A stretch of 64,000 nucleotides of DNA from assembly GCA_018828585.1 (NCBI GenBank), contig JAHJVW010000080.1, forward strand, positions 10,931 to 74,930, given 5' to 3'. Every line of letters begins with the position of its first letter. The first letter of the stretch is position 1. Origin of the DNA: Bacteroidota bacterium. Its GTDB lineage: Bacteria; Bacteroidota; Bacteroidia; Sphingobacteriales; Sphingobacteriaceae. The translations under genes were made by a program, and so were the position numbers. A model generated the notes under the pieces. It had not been told where the DNA came from and searched no databases. It was given only the letters and a program-made list of their open reading frames with translations. This document shows, in pieces, positions 1 through 9,998 of this stretch.

Positions 1-395
1 ATCCCTTCATGGCTAATATTGACTAAAGCGCAATAAAGACTGTGTCCGCCTCGGTCCTCGGCTCTTTCTATGATGCCGAGAATGATCATGATCTTTTTTT
101 GTTTAGCGAGTTGGCAAAAGACTGCTAAATCACCGGCAGCTATACTTACCGCTTGCATTGCATAATGTGCGAAAATCTCTTTCTGCACCTTCGATTCAAA
201 TTTTGCGCCATTGGTAAGTTCCACCCAAAATGGATAACCGGGCAACAAAGCTTCTCCAAAAGCAACAAGGTCACAACCTTTATCGGCAGCTTCGCTTACA
301 AAACTTAGCATTTTTTTAGTGGTCCCCTCCTTATCTAACCACAAGGGGGCAATTTGAGCCAGCCCAACTTTAAGCTTGGTATTTAATCGTTTCAT
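1..395 (-). CDS. Nitrilase / carbon-nitrogen hydrolase family protein (N-terminal part; runs off the window start)
   Basis: Manual translation from ATG at 395: MKRLNTKLKVGLAQIAPLWLDKEGTTKKMLSFVSEAADKGCDLVAFGEALLPGYPFW..., with the nitrilase-type F-x-E-x-x-x-P-G-Y-P motif around the catalytic Glu; not in the ORF track. Confidence 0.85.
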   Translation of the reverse strand, partial: MKRLNTKLKVGLAQIAPLWLDKEGTTKKMLSFVSEAADKGCDLVAFGEALLPGYPFWVELTNGAKFESKVQKEIFAHYAMQAVSIAAGDLAVFCQLAKQKKIMIILGIIERAEDRGGHSLYCALVNISHEG

Positions 396-851
396 CTAAA
401 ACGAAGTTAACAAATTAACATTGATGATGTAGCTGTCAGGATTTATTGAATAACCCTATTTTGAAAATAAATTGTAAACAAAGAATTAAATAAATACCAA
501 ACAAAAACAATCCCCTACTGCTTTAAAAAAAGTAGATCATGCAAAAAAAACAATTCTTGTTGCCCAACTGTCCTTAATCTTCAGCGCAGCGTGAAAAAGA
601 TTAATGAATAGGGAAGAATCTGAAGACTCTTTTCCATTATAAAATCCGTTGAGAGCGCTTCGCTAAACGCAAAGGATAGTTTTGAGAATAAAAAGGATAT
701 TAACGATCTTAACTACTAAAAATTTAACATGACACCAACTCACCCAATAGCTAAAAATGTAATAGGCACACCTTATTTGCTTGGTAAACAAATATTAAAC
801 TTACAATTAAAGATCAGCTTATTGATCTATCAGATTGCTACATCGCTAATC

Positions 852-2498
852 TTAAACACTTTGGGTTTCCAAGCTTAATTCGGCGACCAACCCAATGGTA
901 GACAGCGTAAACCAAAAAGTGCTTCCCTTTCCTAATTCACTATCCACACCTATTTGACCATTATGTTTTTTTATGATTTCTGCAGAAATGTAAAGTCCAA
1001 GTCCTAAACCAGAATATTTACTACCACTATTATCCGCTTGGTAATAGCGGTCAAATAAATAAGTTATTTTTTCGGGAGAAATACCAGGACCTTTATCTAT
1101 AACAGATACTTTGGCCATATCATCAACTTTTTCAATCTTGATGTTGATTTCTTTTGAGTCGGGTGCATATTTTACAGCGTTAGTAATAAAATTAATTATC
1201 ACCTGATTAATCCTTTCAGCATCTGCGTAAACCTGGAGGTCCATATCTCCTTCGGTAAGGATAGTATGTATGCCTTCAATACTTATTGAATGGCTACACT
1301 CTTCAATTGCGTGAGCTAGTGTAAATAACTTTTGATCTAACAAAAGTTGTCCTTCATTAACGTTGCTGGTGTCTAATAGGTATTTAATAAGTATGATCAC
1401 TTTATCTAAGCTATTGTTAGCCAAATCTATCAGACTAGGCAACATAGAAGTAGGTTCATTTTTTAACCTGTTCAACAATTGTAAGGTAGCTTTTAAACTG
1501 GTAATTGGCGTTTTAAGCTCATGACTTGCAATACTTATAAAATCATCTTTTTGTTGTTGTAACAGTCTAAGCTCGTGAATATCTGTAGCGGTGCCTGACC
1601 ATAACTGTACTTTGCCTTCTTCATTTTTAATAGGCATGATACGAATTAGATGCCAGCGTTCCATACCATCAAAACGTCTTTGTCGATTTTGAAATTCCCC
1701 ACCTATATTATTTTTCAATATCAATTTGTATGCATCCAAAGTAGATTGCATATCATCAGCGTGAACGACTGACAGCCATCCCCAACCTTTACTATGATCA
1801 AAATCAAGACCTGTATAATCATACCATCGTCGGTTATAAAAAGTAACTTCTCCGTCAATAGTGTTTGTCCATGCAATTTGTGGGGTTGTTTCCATCATTT
1901 CTCGAAACTGTTTTTCACTTTCTGCCAAAGCTTTTGTACGCTGTTCTACGCGTTCTTCCAATTGCTGATTCGATAATAAAAGATCGGCATTAATCATCCT
2001 AACTTTTTCTTCCTGCTTCATCAGCAATTGAGAATTTTCATGAAGTTCTTTGTTGGCAATGATTAGCGCCGCCGTCTGCTCTTTTAATTTTTCAGCAATA
2101 ACTTCCTTTTCTTTCCTTTCTTCGGCATCTGTTAATGCCCGTTCTATTTTTTGGATTAATGAAAATAATTTATCCTTTGATGCATAATCAGTAACACCAT
2201 TTTTAATTAACTCAACAGCATTTTCTTCTCCTATGATACCAGAAACGATAATAAAAGGGATATGTGGGGATTTTTCTTGTTTGATTTTAAACGCCGTAGC
2301 TGCATCAAAAGCTGGGAGTGAGAAATCGGATAATATTAAATCAGGATTGAAGTGTTGTAGAGCATACTCAAACGTTACTCGTGTTTGAACAATCTCAAAG
2401 GAGAAAGAAAATCCAGATTTTTTCAGTTCGCGGATAAGCAAATTGGCATCATGCTGATTGTCTTCGATTATAAGTATTTTAAAATCGGCTTTCATCAA
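852..2498 (-). CDS. Hybrid sensor kinase REC-coiled coil-PAS/PAC-HisKA-HATPase
   Basis: N-terminal receiver (ILIIEDN...DLILSDFSLP...KD), S-helix LEERVEQRTKAL, PAS (W...VHADD), H-box ASHELKTP, N box NAVKY, G boxes DKGPG and GLGLGL. Confidence 0.92.
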   Translation of the reverse strand: MMKADFKILIIEDNQHDANLLIRELKKSGFSFSFEIVQTRVTFEYALQHFNPDLILSDFSLPAFDAATAFKIKQEKSPHIPFIIVSGIIGEENAVELIKNGVTDYASKDKLFSLIQKIERALTDAEERKEKEVIAEKLKEQTAALIIANKELHENSQLLMKQEEKVRMINADLLLSNQQLEERVEQRTKALAESEKQFREMMETTPQIAWTNTIDGEVTFYNRRWYDYTGLDFDHSKGWGWLSVVHADDMQSTLDAYKLILKNNIGGEFQNRQRRFDGMERWHLIRIMPIKNEEGKVQLWSGTATDIHELRLLQQQKDDFISIASHELKTPITSLKATLQLLNRLKNEPTSMLPSLIDLANNSLDKVIILIKYLLDTSNVNEGQLLLDQKLFTLAHAIEECSHSISIEGIHTILTEGDMDLQVYADAERINQVIINFITNAVKYAPDSKEINIKIEKVDDMAKVSVIDKGPGISPEKITYLFDRYYQADNSGSKYSGLGLGLYISAEIIKKHNGQIGVDSELGKGSTFWFTLSTIGLVAELSLETQSV

Positions 2499-2586
2499 TT
2501 TAAATTATTGAAATGCGGTGTGTTGTTAAATATCATTTCTACTAGGTTACTCCTACTTATCCAAAAAGAATTCAATTCATTTTTCA

Positions 2587-3027
2587 CTAGTGCTGTGGCT
2601 CACTTAAAATCATCCAGTAAATTCCAATCTCTTTTATAGCAGAAAAAAAGTTATCGCTATCAACAGGTTTTACTATGTAACTATTAGCACCCAAAGCATA
2701 GCATTTTTTTATGTCGGGGTCTTCTTTAGATGAAGTAAGAATTACCACAGGAATAGATTTTAAGTCTGGATCAGATTTGATTTTTTCCAGCACTTCCATA
2801 CCGTTTACTTTGGGCATTTTAAGATCCAATAATATCAGTTTTGGATTTTCCTTGCTTTTTCGTGAAGCGTATAATCCTTTGCAAAAAATAAAATCAAGTG
2901 CTTCCGCTCCATCTTTTACATGAAGTAATTTATTGACAAACCCACTTTTTGTAAGTGCCCTGATAGTGAGCATAGCATCATCTTCACTATCTTCCACAAA
3001 TAATATTTCAACTTCGTCGTAATTCAT
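2587..3027 (-). CDS. Single-domain response regulator, Rcp1/phytochrome-associated type
   Basis: ILFVEDSEDD...LILLDLKMP...IPVVILTSS...GANSYIVKP; no output domain. Confidence 0.9.
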   Translation of the reverse strand: MNYDEVEILFVEDSEDDAMLTIRALTKSGFVNKLLHVKDGAEALDFIFCKGLYASRKSKENPKLILLDLKMPKVNGMEVLEKIKSDPDLKSIPVVILTSSKEDPDIKKCYALGANSYIVKPVDSDNFFSAIKEIGIYWMILSEPQH

Positions 3028-3037
3028 TGTTTATGTT

Positions 3038-5251
3038 TTAATTGTTTATAGCTGGTAAGCTGAAATAAAAACAGGTACCTTCATTTAGTATTGATTCTGC
3101 CCACACAGTTCCCCGATGTCGACTAATTATTTTTTGTACAATAGCTAGGCCAATTCCAGTACCCTCAAATTCTTCATGCGAATGTAAGCGTTGAAAAACT
3201 CCGAAAAGTTTATCATAATATTGCATATCAAAGCCAGCTCCTTCATCTTTAACAAAATAGACTATCAAGTTATCTTTTTCATAAGCACCAATTTCTATAT
3301 TAGTCATTGGTTTATATTTCGAATATTTGATAGCATTGGAAATAAGATTAATCCACACCTGTTTAATTAAAGACTGATCTCCTTGAGCAGCAGGAAGCAA
3401 TTTGATGGTAAATGCTGGTAAGTTTTCACCTTGGTCAAATATTAATTCTTTTTTTACCAATTTTACAAGGTTAATCATATTAATGTTCGAAACAGAGACT
3501 TCTTTTCTGCCTAATTTGGAAAATGCTAGCAAATCATCAATAAGGTTACCCATTCTCTTTGAATTATGCATAATGGAGTGAAGTACTTTTTTACCATCAT
3601 TATCCAATTTTTCTGAATAATCCTCTATCAGAATTTTTGAATATCCATTAATCGCTCTGATAGGTGCCCGTAAATCGTGTGATACGGAATAGGAAAAAGA
3701 GCCCAACTCTTTATTAACAGATTCTAATTGTGCGGTACGTTCTATTACTTTATTTTCTAATTCATCATTAAGTTTACGGATATCATCTTCTGCCTGCTTA
3801 AGTTCTCTGTTCGCATAGCCTAACTCATCAGCTCTTTTTTCTTTCTCTTCATTCTGAAAAGCAAGCTCTTTATTAGCAATAACTAATTCGGCTGCTCGGT
3901 GTTCTTTCTCTTCATTTTGAAAAGCTAGTTCTTTGTTCGCAATAACTAATTCGGCTGCTCGGTGTTCTTTCTCTTCATTTTGAAAAGCTAGCTCTTTGTT
4001 CGCAATAACTAATTCGGCTGCTATATTCTCTTTCTCTTCATTTTGAAAAGCCAGTTCCTTGTTCGCAATAATTAATTCTGCAGCCCGGTTTTCTTTCTCT
4101 TCATTTTGGAAGTGCAGCTCCTTGTTCGCAATAACCAATTCTGCTGCCCGGTTTTCTTTCTCTTCATTTTGGAAGTGCAGCTCCTTGTTCGCAATAACTA
4201 ATTCTGCTGCCCTATTCTCTTTCTCTTCATTTTGAAAGAGCAGCTCCTTGTTCGCAATAACTAATTCGGCAGCCCGATTCTCCTTCTCTTCATTTTGAAA
4301 AGCCAACTCTTTATTAGCAATAACTAATTCGGCTGCTCGGTGTTCTTTTTCTTCATTTTGAAAAGCTAGCTCCTTGTTCGCAATAACTAATTCTGCGGCC
4401 CTATTCTCCTTTTCTTCATTTTGAAAAGCCAACTCTTTATTAGCAATAACTAATTCTGCAGCCCGGTTTTCTTTCTCCTTATTTTGAAATTTTAATTCGG
4501 TATTGGCAATCTCCAAAACAGACGCCTGTTTTTCCTTCTCTTTATTTTGTATAATAAGTTTCTTATTGGCTATTCTCAGCTCTTTTGCTTTTTGTGCGGT
4601 AATATCTCTAGCTGCAGCAAAAACCCCTAATACATTCCCTTTATCATCTTTATAGATAGATGCATTGTATAATACATCTGTTAATGTGCCATTTTTATGA
4701 TGAATAGTTAACGGGTAATCTGAAACAAATTCTTTTTCAAAGACCTGCTTATATCCTTCACGAGCTTTTTGTGGTTCAGTGAAATAATCAGAAAAATCTG
4801 TTCCAATTAGTTTTAACCTTGGTACACCAGTTATTTTTACTGATGCTTCATTTACATCCGTAATTTTCCCTTCTGGAGAAATAGTCACAAGTGGATCAAG
4901 CGATGCTTCAATCAAACTTCTTGCATACATGGAAGCCTGTTTTATCGTATTGCTAATTACTTCAAGTTCTTTACTTTCTTTTACCCTTTTTTTCTTTTCT
5001 GCATTTTGAAAGGCAAGTTCTTTATTCGCAATAATTAATTCTGCTGCCCTATTTTGTTTTTCCTCATTTTGGAAGAGCAACTCCTTATTAGCAATCACCA
5101 ATTCTGCTGCTCTGTTTTCCTTCTCTTTACTTTGAAAAACAAGTTCTTTATTAGCGATAGCTAACTCCACCGCCCTAACTTTTTTCTCCTGTTTCTGAAG
5201 TGCAAGCTCTCTATTAGCAATAACAAGTTCATCCGATTTATTTTTCTCCAT
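3038..5251 (-). CDS. Cytoplasmic PAS histidine kinase with long 21-aa tandem coiled-coil repeats
   Basis: PAS (SLIEASLDPLVTISPEGKITDVN...AARDIT), H-box SYSVSHDLRAP, N box NAIKY, GTGIGL; no TM helix or signal peptide. Confidence 0.92.
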   Translation of the reverse strand: MEKNKSDELVIANRELALQKQEKKVRAVELAIANKELVFQSKEKENRAAELVIANKELLFQNEEKQNRAAELIIANKELAFQNAEKKKRVKESKELEVISNTIKQASMYARSLIEASLDPLVTISPEGKITDVNEASVKITGVPRLKLIGTDFSDYFTEPQKAREGYKQVFEKEFVSDYPLTIHHKNGTLTDVLYNASIYKDDKGNVLGVFAAARDITAQKAKELRIANKKLIIQNKEKEKQASVLEIANTELKFQNKEKENRAAELVIANKELAFQNEEKENRAAELVIANKELAFQNEEKEHRAAELVIANKELAFQNEEKENRAAELVIANKELLFQNEEKENRAAELVIANKELHFQNEEKENRAAELVIANKELHFQNEEKENRAAELIIANKELAFQNEEKENIAAELVIANKELAFQNEEKEHRAAELVIANKELAFQNEEKEHRAAELVIANKELAFQNEEKEKRADELGYANRELKQAEDDIRKLNDELENKVIERTAQLESVNKELGSFSYSVSHDLRAPIRAINGYSKILIEDYSEKLDNDGKKVLHSIMHNSKRMGNLIDDLLAFSKLGRKEVSVSNINMINLVKLVKKELIFDQGENLPAFTIKLLPAAQGDQSLIKQVWINLISNAIKYSKYKPMTNIEIGAYEKDNLIVYFVKDEGAGFDMQYYDKLFGVFQRLHSHEEFEGTGIGLAIVQKIISRHRGTVWAESILNEGTCFYFSLPAINN
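3810..4590 (-). repeat. Tandem 63-bp / 21-aa coding repeat, about 13 units (consensus AELVIANKELAFQNEEKENRA)
   Basis: 10 near-identical units, 2 diverged units and 1 degenerate unit, counted in the translation; coordinates approximate. Confidence 0.95.
4990..5235 (-). repeat. N-terminal block of 4 more 21-aa repeat units
   Basis: DELVIANRELALQKQEKKVRA / VELAIANKELVFQSKEKENRA / AELVIANKELLFQNEEKQNRA / AELIIANKELAFQNAEKKKRV; coordinates approximate. Confidence 0.9.
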
Positions 5252-5573
5252 AATAGGTTATTACAAATAATACTATTTGTCCCAGAAGTTAACCTTTTTT
5301 ATCCAAGTAACTGTTACATTTTTTAAAAAGAGATTCCATTATTCATTACTTTTAAAAGCTTATCATCTTTTGTTATGAAAAACCGAGGGCTTTCTGGTGA
5401 GTAGCTATTGAAAGAAAATACAATAGTTGGATTTAAATAACATACAATGATCAATTCATTGAACGACTGAAAGGAATAGCTTTCAAATCCTCATTAAGGA
5501 AATATTGATAATCGAAATTGAGATACATTCTTATGAATACTGAACTGATTTTGTTAACTCCTGTAAAAACAAA

Positions 5574-5603
5574 AACGGGGCGACTTTTTAATGACACCCC
5601 GTT
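5574..5603 (-). terminator. Intrinsic terminator of the S9 peptidase gene
   Basis: Minus strand AACGGGGTG...CGCCCCGTT stem followed by a T run, just after the stop at 5623. Confidence 0.7.
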
Positions 5604-5622
5604 GAAACTAATTTTATTGAAT

Positions 5623-8133
5623 TTATTTCCCGTTTTGCGGGATCTCCTTATCCATCTCTAAAATATCTACCTGCGACGAGCCGGAAAAATCACCTAACAG
5701 GTAATTGTTAAAATAGTCAGCTAAACGCCAAAACATGTATTCTGTCATATCGCCATATCCATGTCTCTGACCAGGAACTAAAACATAATCGAACCGCTTA
5801 CCAGCTTTAATTAATGCATCCGCCACTCTGATCGTCCCTGCTGGGTTGACGTTATTATCAATATCACCTGTCATCAGCATTAAATGCCCTTTCAGATTTT
5901 TAGCAATTTCGAGGTTCTTATCTATGGAATATTTAAAAGTGGTATCCTTTTCAGTGACCACTTCTTTCACTCCATGGTGTTTTTCGCTCCACCAACGATT
6001 ATAAATGCTATTATCGTGATTTCCCGATTCTGATACGGCTACCTTAAAGAAATCAGGGTAAACAAACATCGCTGCCGAGGACATGAAGCCGCCACCCGAG
6101 TGACCTGTAATACCAACTTTATTGACATCTATAAATTTAAAACGGTCGGCTAATTGTTCTACCGCAGCTTTCTTATCCGCCAAACCATAATCGCGAAGGT
6201 TTCCATAACCATAAGTATGATACCATTTAGAACGGGCAGGGTTTCCGCCTCTGTTTCCTACCGTGATGACGATATATCCAAATTGCGCCAGTCGGTCTAT
6301 CCTATTCATGCTAGTTCCGAAATTTTTGTTTACCGCCTCTGTTTGAGGACCAGGGTAAACATATTCTATAATTGGATACTTCTTACTCGGGTCGAAATCG
6401 AAAGGCTTATACATGACGCCATAAATATCGGTAATGCCATCGTCTGCTTTTACTTTAAATGGTTCTGGGAATTTATAACCGGTTTGCATCAACAACGATA
6501 AATCTGTTTCTTCTAAATCCATCACCTTATTACCCAACTGATCAAATAAGACAGCTTTAGGTGCGGTATTTACTCTAGAGAAATTATCGATAAAGAACTG
6601 GTTTTCATCATCCATATTTACTTGATGGTCAAAATCACCTTTGTTCAATAACTTCATCCCTGTACCATCAAACTTAATGCTGTATAAATGCAAGTAATAA
6701 GGGTCCTCGTTTACTTCTCTTCCGTTTGCGGTGAAGTATAAAACCCTATTTTTTTCATCAACATTTACAATTGCTTCGCAATGGAAAGCACCTTTGGTAA
6801 TCTGATTTTTTAAATTTCCGTTTCCATCAAATAAATAAAAATGACCCCAACCGTCTCTTTCGCTCCAATGAATAATTTCTTTTCCATTATCGATTAAAGC
6901 GGGCTGTTGAACCTCTATATACGTGTTAAATCGCTCGGGAATGATGGTTTTAATTTCGGAAGTGTTAATGTTTAAAGAACAAATATCCACCCGCTTTAAA
7001 TCTCTACTGGTACGTTGAAAATAAAAGGTGCTATTATTCCCCATCCAAATAGAAGGACGAAACTCGTTATCTCTGTCTTTATTTAAATTCTCTTTACGCC
7101 AAACGTTAATGGTTTGATCTTTAAAGGCATCTGTATTTAATGTTTTATAAGTTTTGGCAGCAAAATCAAATAAAACAAATTCATCAATAGGACCTTCCTT
7201 TTCTCCTGGCATTTGGTATTTATAAGTTTCTAAGGTTGGGCGACCTTTGCCCGTACTATTGATGACCCATAAATCTTTCACTTTTCTTTCGTCACTTCGG
7301 TCTAAAACGAAGTGTTTTGAATCTGGGGACCAAACAGCAAAAGCGCCTCTTCTCTTTTTCTGATTTTTGGCATACTCCTCATTATTTTCACCATAACCGC
7401 TATCGCCGCTTCCGTAAGAATAATACTTTACGCCATCTTTTGTCAATTGATGCTCTACAATGGTGCTATCATCTTCGTTTTTGACTGCTTTTTTGTAATT
7501 CTCTTTATCCATCCAATAGATATTATAATTTCTAGAAAAGATAATTGCTAAAGAATCTGGCGCAACCGAAGCCCATTTTGGTTTTGCTTTAGGTTTTTGA
7601 TAATTTTCTATTTGCGTTAGCTTTTGGTTAGCTAGTTCATAGTTAAAAGAAAAGATTTTCTTCTGAAGCGAATCGGCAGCTTTTTTATCTTTCCGATCAG
7701 GTTTCAGCTCATCTATAGAACTTTTTATTTCAAAAGTCACACTCTTTTCATCCTTAGAAAATTTAAGCTCTTCTATGGGTAAATGTTGCGCATCGAAAGC
7801 ATCACGAACCACCAAAGTAATTTCGGCAGCTAATTTATCCAGATCGAATAAAGTATTTTTACGTTTTGCAACAGGGTCAACGATATACCATTGTTTACCT
7901 GAAGGACTTTCGTATGGATACCAAAAACGGTGACTCAATTTCAACCAATGTGGATCGGCATTGGTTGAGAAAATTAGCTTTTTTAGTTTATTGGTCGAAA
8001 ACCTTGATGCCAACTGATAATTAGCTTTAGGTGAAGTCTCAACATTTTCTGTGATGGTGAAAGTTTTATTTTGGGCCGCTGCTGTAAAGCAAATGAGCTG
8101 CCCAACAAAGATTAGTTTGTAAAATTTATTCAT
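5623..8133 (-). CDS. S9 family peptidase, dipeptidyl-peptidase IV-like, secreted
   Basis: Signal peptide; DPPIV_N-like region; nucleophile motif GHSGGG; D (DNNV) and H (QRHG) of the triad. Confidence 0.88.
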   Translation of the reverse strand: MNKFYKLIFVGQLICFTAAAQNKTFTITENVETSPKANYQLASRFSTNKLKKLIFSTNADPHWLKLSHRFWYPYESPSGKQWYIVDPVAKRKNTLFDLDKLAAEITLVVRDAFDAQHLPIEELKFSKDEKSVTFEIKSSIDELKPDRKDKKAADSLQKKIFSFNYELANQKLTQIENYQKPKAKPKWASVAPDSLAIIFSRNYNIYWMDKENYKKAVKNEDDSTIVEHQLTKDGVKYYSYGSGDSGYGENNEEYAKNQKKRRGAFAVWSPDSKHFVLDRSDERKVKDLWVINSTGKGRPTLETYKYQMPGEKEGPIDEFVLFDFAAKTYKTLNTDAFKDQTINVWRKENLNKDRDNEFRPSIWMGNNSTFYFQRTSRDLKRVDICSLNINTSEIKTIIPERFNTYIEVQQPALIDNGKEIIHWSERDGWGHFYLFDGNGNLKNQITKGAFHCEAIVNVDEKNRVLYFTANGREVNEDPYYLHLYSIKFDGTGMKLLNKGDFDHQVNMDDENQFFIDNFSRVNTAPKAVLFDQLGNKVMDLEETDLSLLMQTGYKFPEPFKVKADDGITDIYGVMYKPFDFDPSKKYPIIEYVYPGPQTEAVNKNFGTSMNRIDRLAQFGYIVITVGNRGGNPARSKWYHTYGYGNLRDYGLADKKAAVEQLADRFKFIDVNKVGITGHSGGGFMSSAAMFVYPDFFKVAVSESGNHDNSIYNRWWSEKHHGVKEVVTEKDTTFKYSIDKNLEIAKNLKGHLMLMTGDIDNNVNPAGTIRVADALIKAGKRFDYVLVPGQRHGYGDMTEYMFWRLADYFNNYLLGDFSGSSQVDILEMDKEIPQNGK

Positions 8134-8274
8134 CTATTTAGTTTAGAAGCACTAAAATATTTAATTTAAGATTAATAGTCTTAAGATGTTTGTAATAAAT
8201 ATGATGGTTAAAGAAGAAAGTGATATTTGATAGATTTTAACTGAAAGATTTAATAAAACTATAAATCACAACCA

Positions 8275-8310
8275 AAAGAAGCCTTGTCAATAAATTCACA
8301 AGGCTTCTTT
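8275..8310 (-). terminator. Intrinsic terminator after the ABM gene
   Basis: AAAGAAGCCTTGT / ACAAGGCTTCTTT 13-bp inverted repeat. Confidence 0.7.
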
Positions 8311-8350
8311 CATAATTAAATTTAAATGTTTTTTCTTCGTTAACGAAGAT

Positions 8351-8644
8351 TTATTTTACTGCTAAAAACTCAATTTTTTCAATAGTTGGTGCAACTGACA
8401 ATAATTCTTCGGCACCTGCCATTAAAGCCGCGGCAACTTTTCCGTTCAAGTGCGCATCACGTCCAGACTCAGCCTCGAAAGTATCAAAAATACCAAAGCT
8501 TGAAGGGCCAAACTTTAAAGCATACCATCTTATAGTTCCCTCTTCTTCGTTAACGATGGTTAAAGCGCTTTTTAAAAAGGCTTCTACTTCTAATTCTTTA
8601 CCTGGTTTGGCTTCTAATCTTGCCAATAATGCTAATTTTTCCAT
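8351..8644 (-). CDS. Antibiotic biosynthesis monooxygenase (ABM) domain protein
   Basis: 97 aa; ARLEAKPGKE...EEGTIRWYAL...FGIFDTF...RDAHL pattern of the ABM dimeric alpha-beta barrel. Confidence 0.75.
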   Translation of the reverse strand: MEKLALLARLEAKPGKELEVEAFLKSALTIVNEEEGTIRWYALKFGPSSFGIFDTFEAESGRDAHLNGKVAAALMAGAEELLSVAPTIEKIEFLAVK

Positions 8645-8775
8645 GATTATGATTTATTTATTTTCTTTGTAAAAGAACATACGATACAATTTTGTTTTAG
8701 ATTTTTTGAAGGCATGGCTTTAATGAAAAAATCTTTCCATTTGCTGAAAACTAATAAATTAGTTATTTTAGTGCT

Positions 8776-9924
8776 ATGAAAAACATTTTCCTTACTTTTT
8801 TAATCTTAACCTCAGCTTTATTGGCTAATGCACAGCTTGATAACGCCAAGTTATTAGACCTTATGGAGTCGCAACATTATCAAGAAGCGGCCAATTATTT
8901 AGAAGGTTTATATCCTAATGGTACGGATGACCCAAAAATAATTCATCGCTTGGCTTACTCCTATTTGATGAGTGGCAACTTACCAAAGGCCGAGCAGAAC
9001 TATCAAGCCCTTTTACAAAAAGATTCAACCAACATTTCGGTTTTAAATAGCTTAGCTAGTATTGCTAGCAAAAAAGGAAATTCCAAAAAAGTAATGACCT
9101 TCTATCAGAAAATCTACAATTTAGATAGCACTAATTTTAATATTGTTAAGCAGATGGCTTATACTTATGTAAAAATGGGTAATGGCTTTAAATATGCTGC
9201 TTTTTTAAATAAAGCAAATCAATTAAATCCTCAGGATGGAGACGTTGCATCAGACTTAAGTACTATTTTAATATTGTCGAAATTATTACCTCAAGCTGAT
9301 TCTATTTTGGATATGGCTTTAAAAGCCGATTCATTAAACACCATGCTATTGCGTAGCAAGCTATTGATAAAAGATGCTTTGAGAGATTATAAAGGTGTTA
9401 TTAAAATTGGTGAAATGATATTTTCTTTAGCAGATTCTACTGCCGAAATTGAAAATAAAGTAGCACAAGCCTATTACTACACCAAAGATTACCGAAAATG
9501 TTTGGAGTTGATGAAGGCTATTGAAAAGAAAGATTTAGCAAACGAAACCACATTTTACTACTTAGGCTTATGCTATCGGAAGTTAGATCAAATAGAATTG
9601 AGCAATGATTATTTAAATAAGGCTATTGTAGCAGGTATTTCTAATAATATCAATATTTATTACCAAGAGCTAGCCTCTAACCGTGAAAAGCAGAAAATGT
9701 ATGGTACTAGTTTGTATGATTACCAAAAAGCACAAGAGTTTAGTGAAGACAATGCCGTAAATTATTCTATTGCCTTACTTTATGACCAATATTTACAAAA
9801 ACCTAAATCAGCTTTAATTTATTATCAGAAATTTTTGAAAGATGTTGATGCCAAGATTAAAGGAAACCAACCTTATATTGATTTCTGTGAAGCAAGAATA
9901 AAAGAAATTAAGGCTATGAAGTAG
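8776..9924 (+). CDS. Tetratricopeptide repeat protein, secreted
   Basis: Signal peptide; repeated LAxxY...G...A helical TPR patterns. Confidence 0.8.
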   Translation: MKNIFLTFLILTSALLANAQLDNAKLLDLMESQHYQEAANYLEGLYPNGTDDPKIIHRLAYSYLMSGNLPKAEQNYQALLQKDSTNISVLNSLASIASKKGNSKKVMTFYQKIYNLDSTNFNIVKQMAYTYVKMGNGFKYAAFLNKANQLNPQDGDVASDLSTILILSKLLPQADSILDMALKADSLNTMLLRSKLLIKDALRDYKGVIKIGEMIFSLADSTAEIENKVAQAYYYTKDYRKCLELMKAIEKKDLANETTFYYLGLCYRKLDQIELSNDYLNKAIVAGISNNINIYYQELASNREKQKMYGTSLYDYQKAQEFSEDNAVNYSIALLYDQYLQKPKSALIYYQKFLKDVDAKIKGNQPYIDFCEARIKEIKAMK

Positions 9925-9943
9925 TTCACCATACCCACAAAAC

Positions 9944-9983
9944 AAAAAAGCTGATTGGAAATATAATCCAATCAGCTTTTTTG
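9944..9983. terminator. Bidirectional terminator between the convergent TPR gene and glgB
   Basis: AAAAAAGCTGATTGGA / TCCAATCAGCTTTTTT inverted repeat. Confidence 0.8.
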
Positions 9984-9998
9984 CTATCATTCAATATT

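Noticed and set aside
3810-4590. 63-bp periodic repeats as a CRISPR array
   Set aside because: Units are contiguous with no unique spacers, vary at synonymous positions, stay in frame within a kinase gene, and no cas genes are present.
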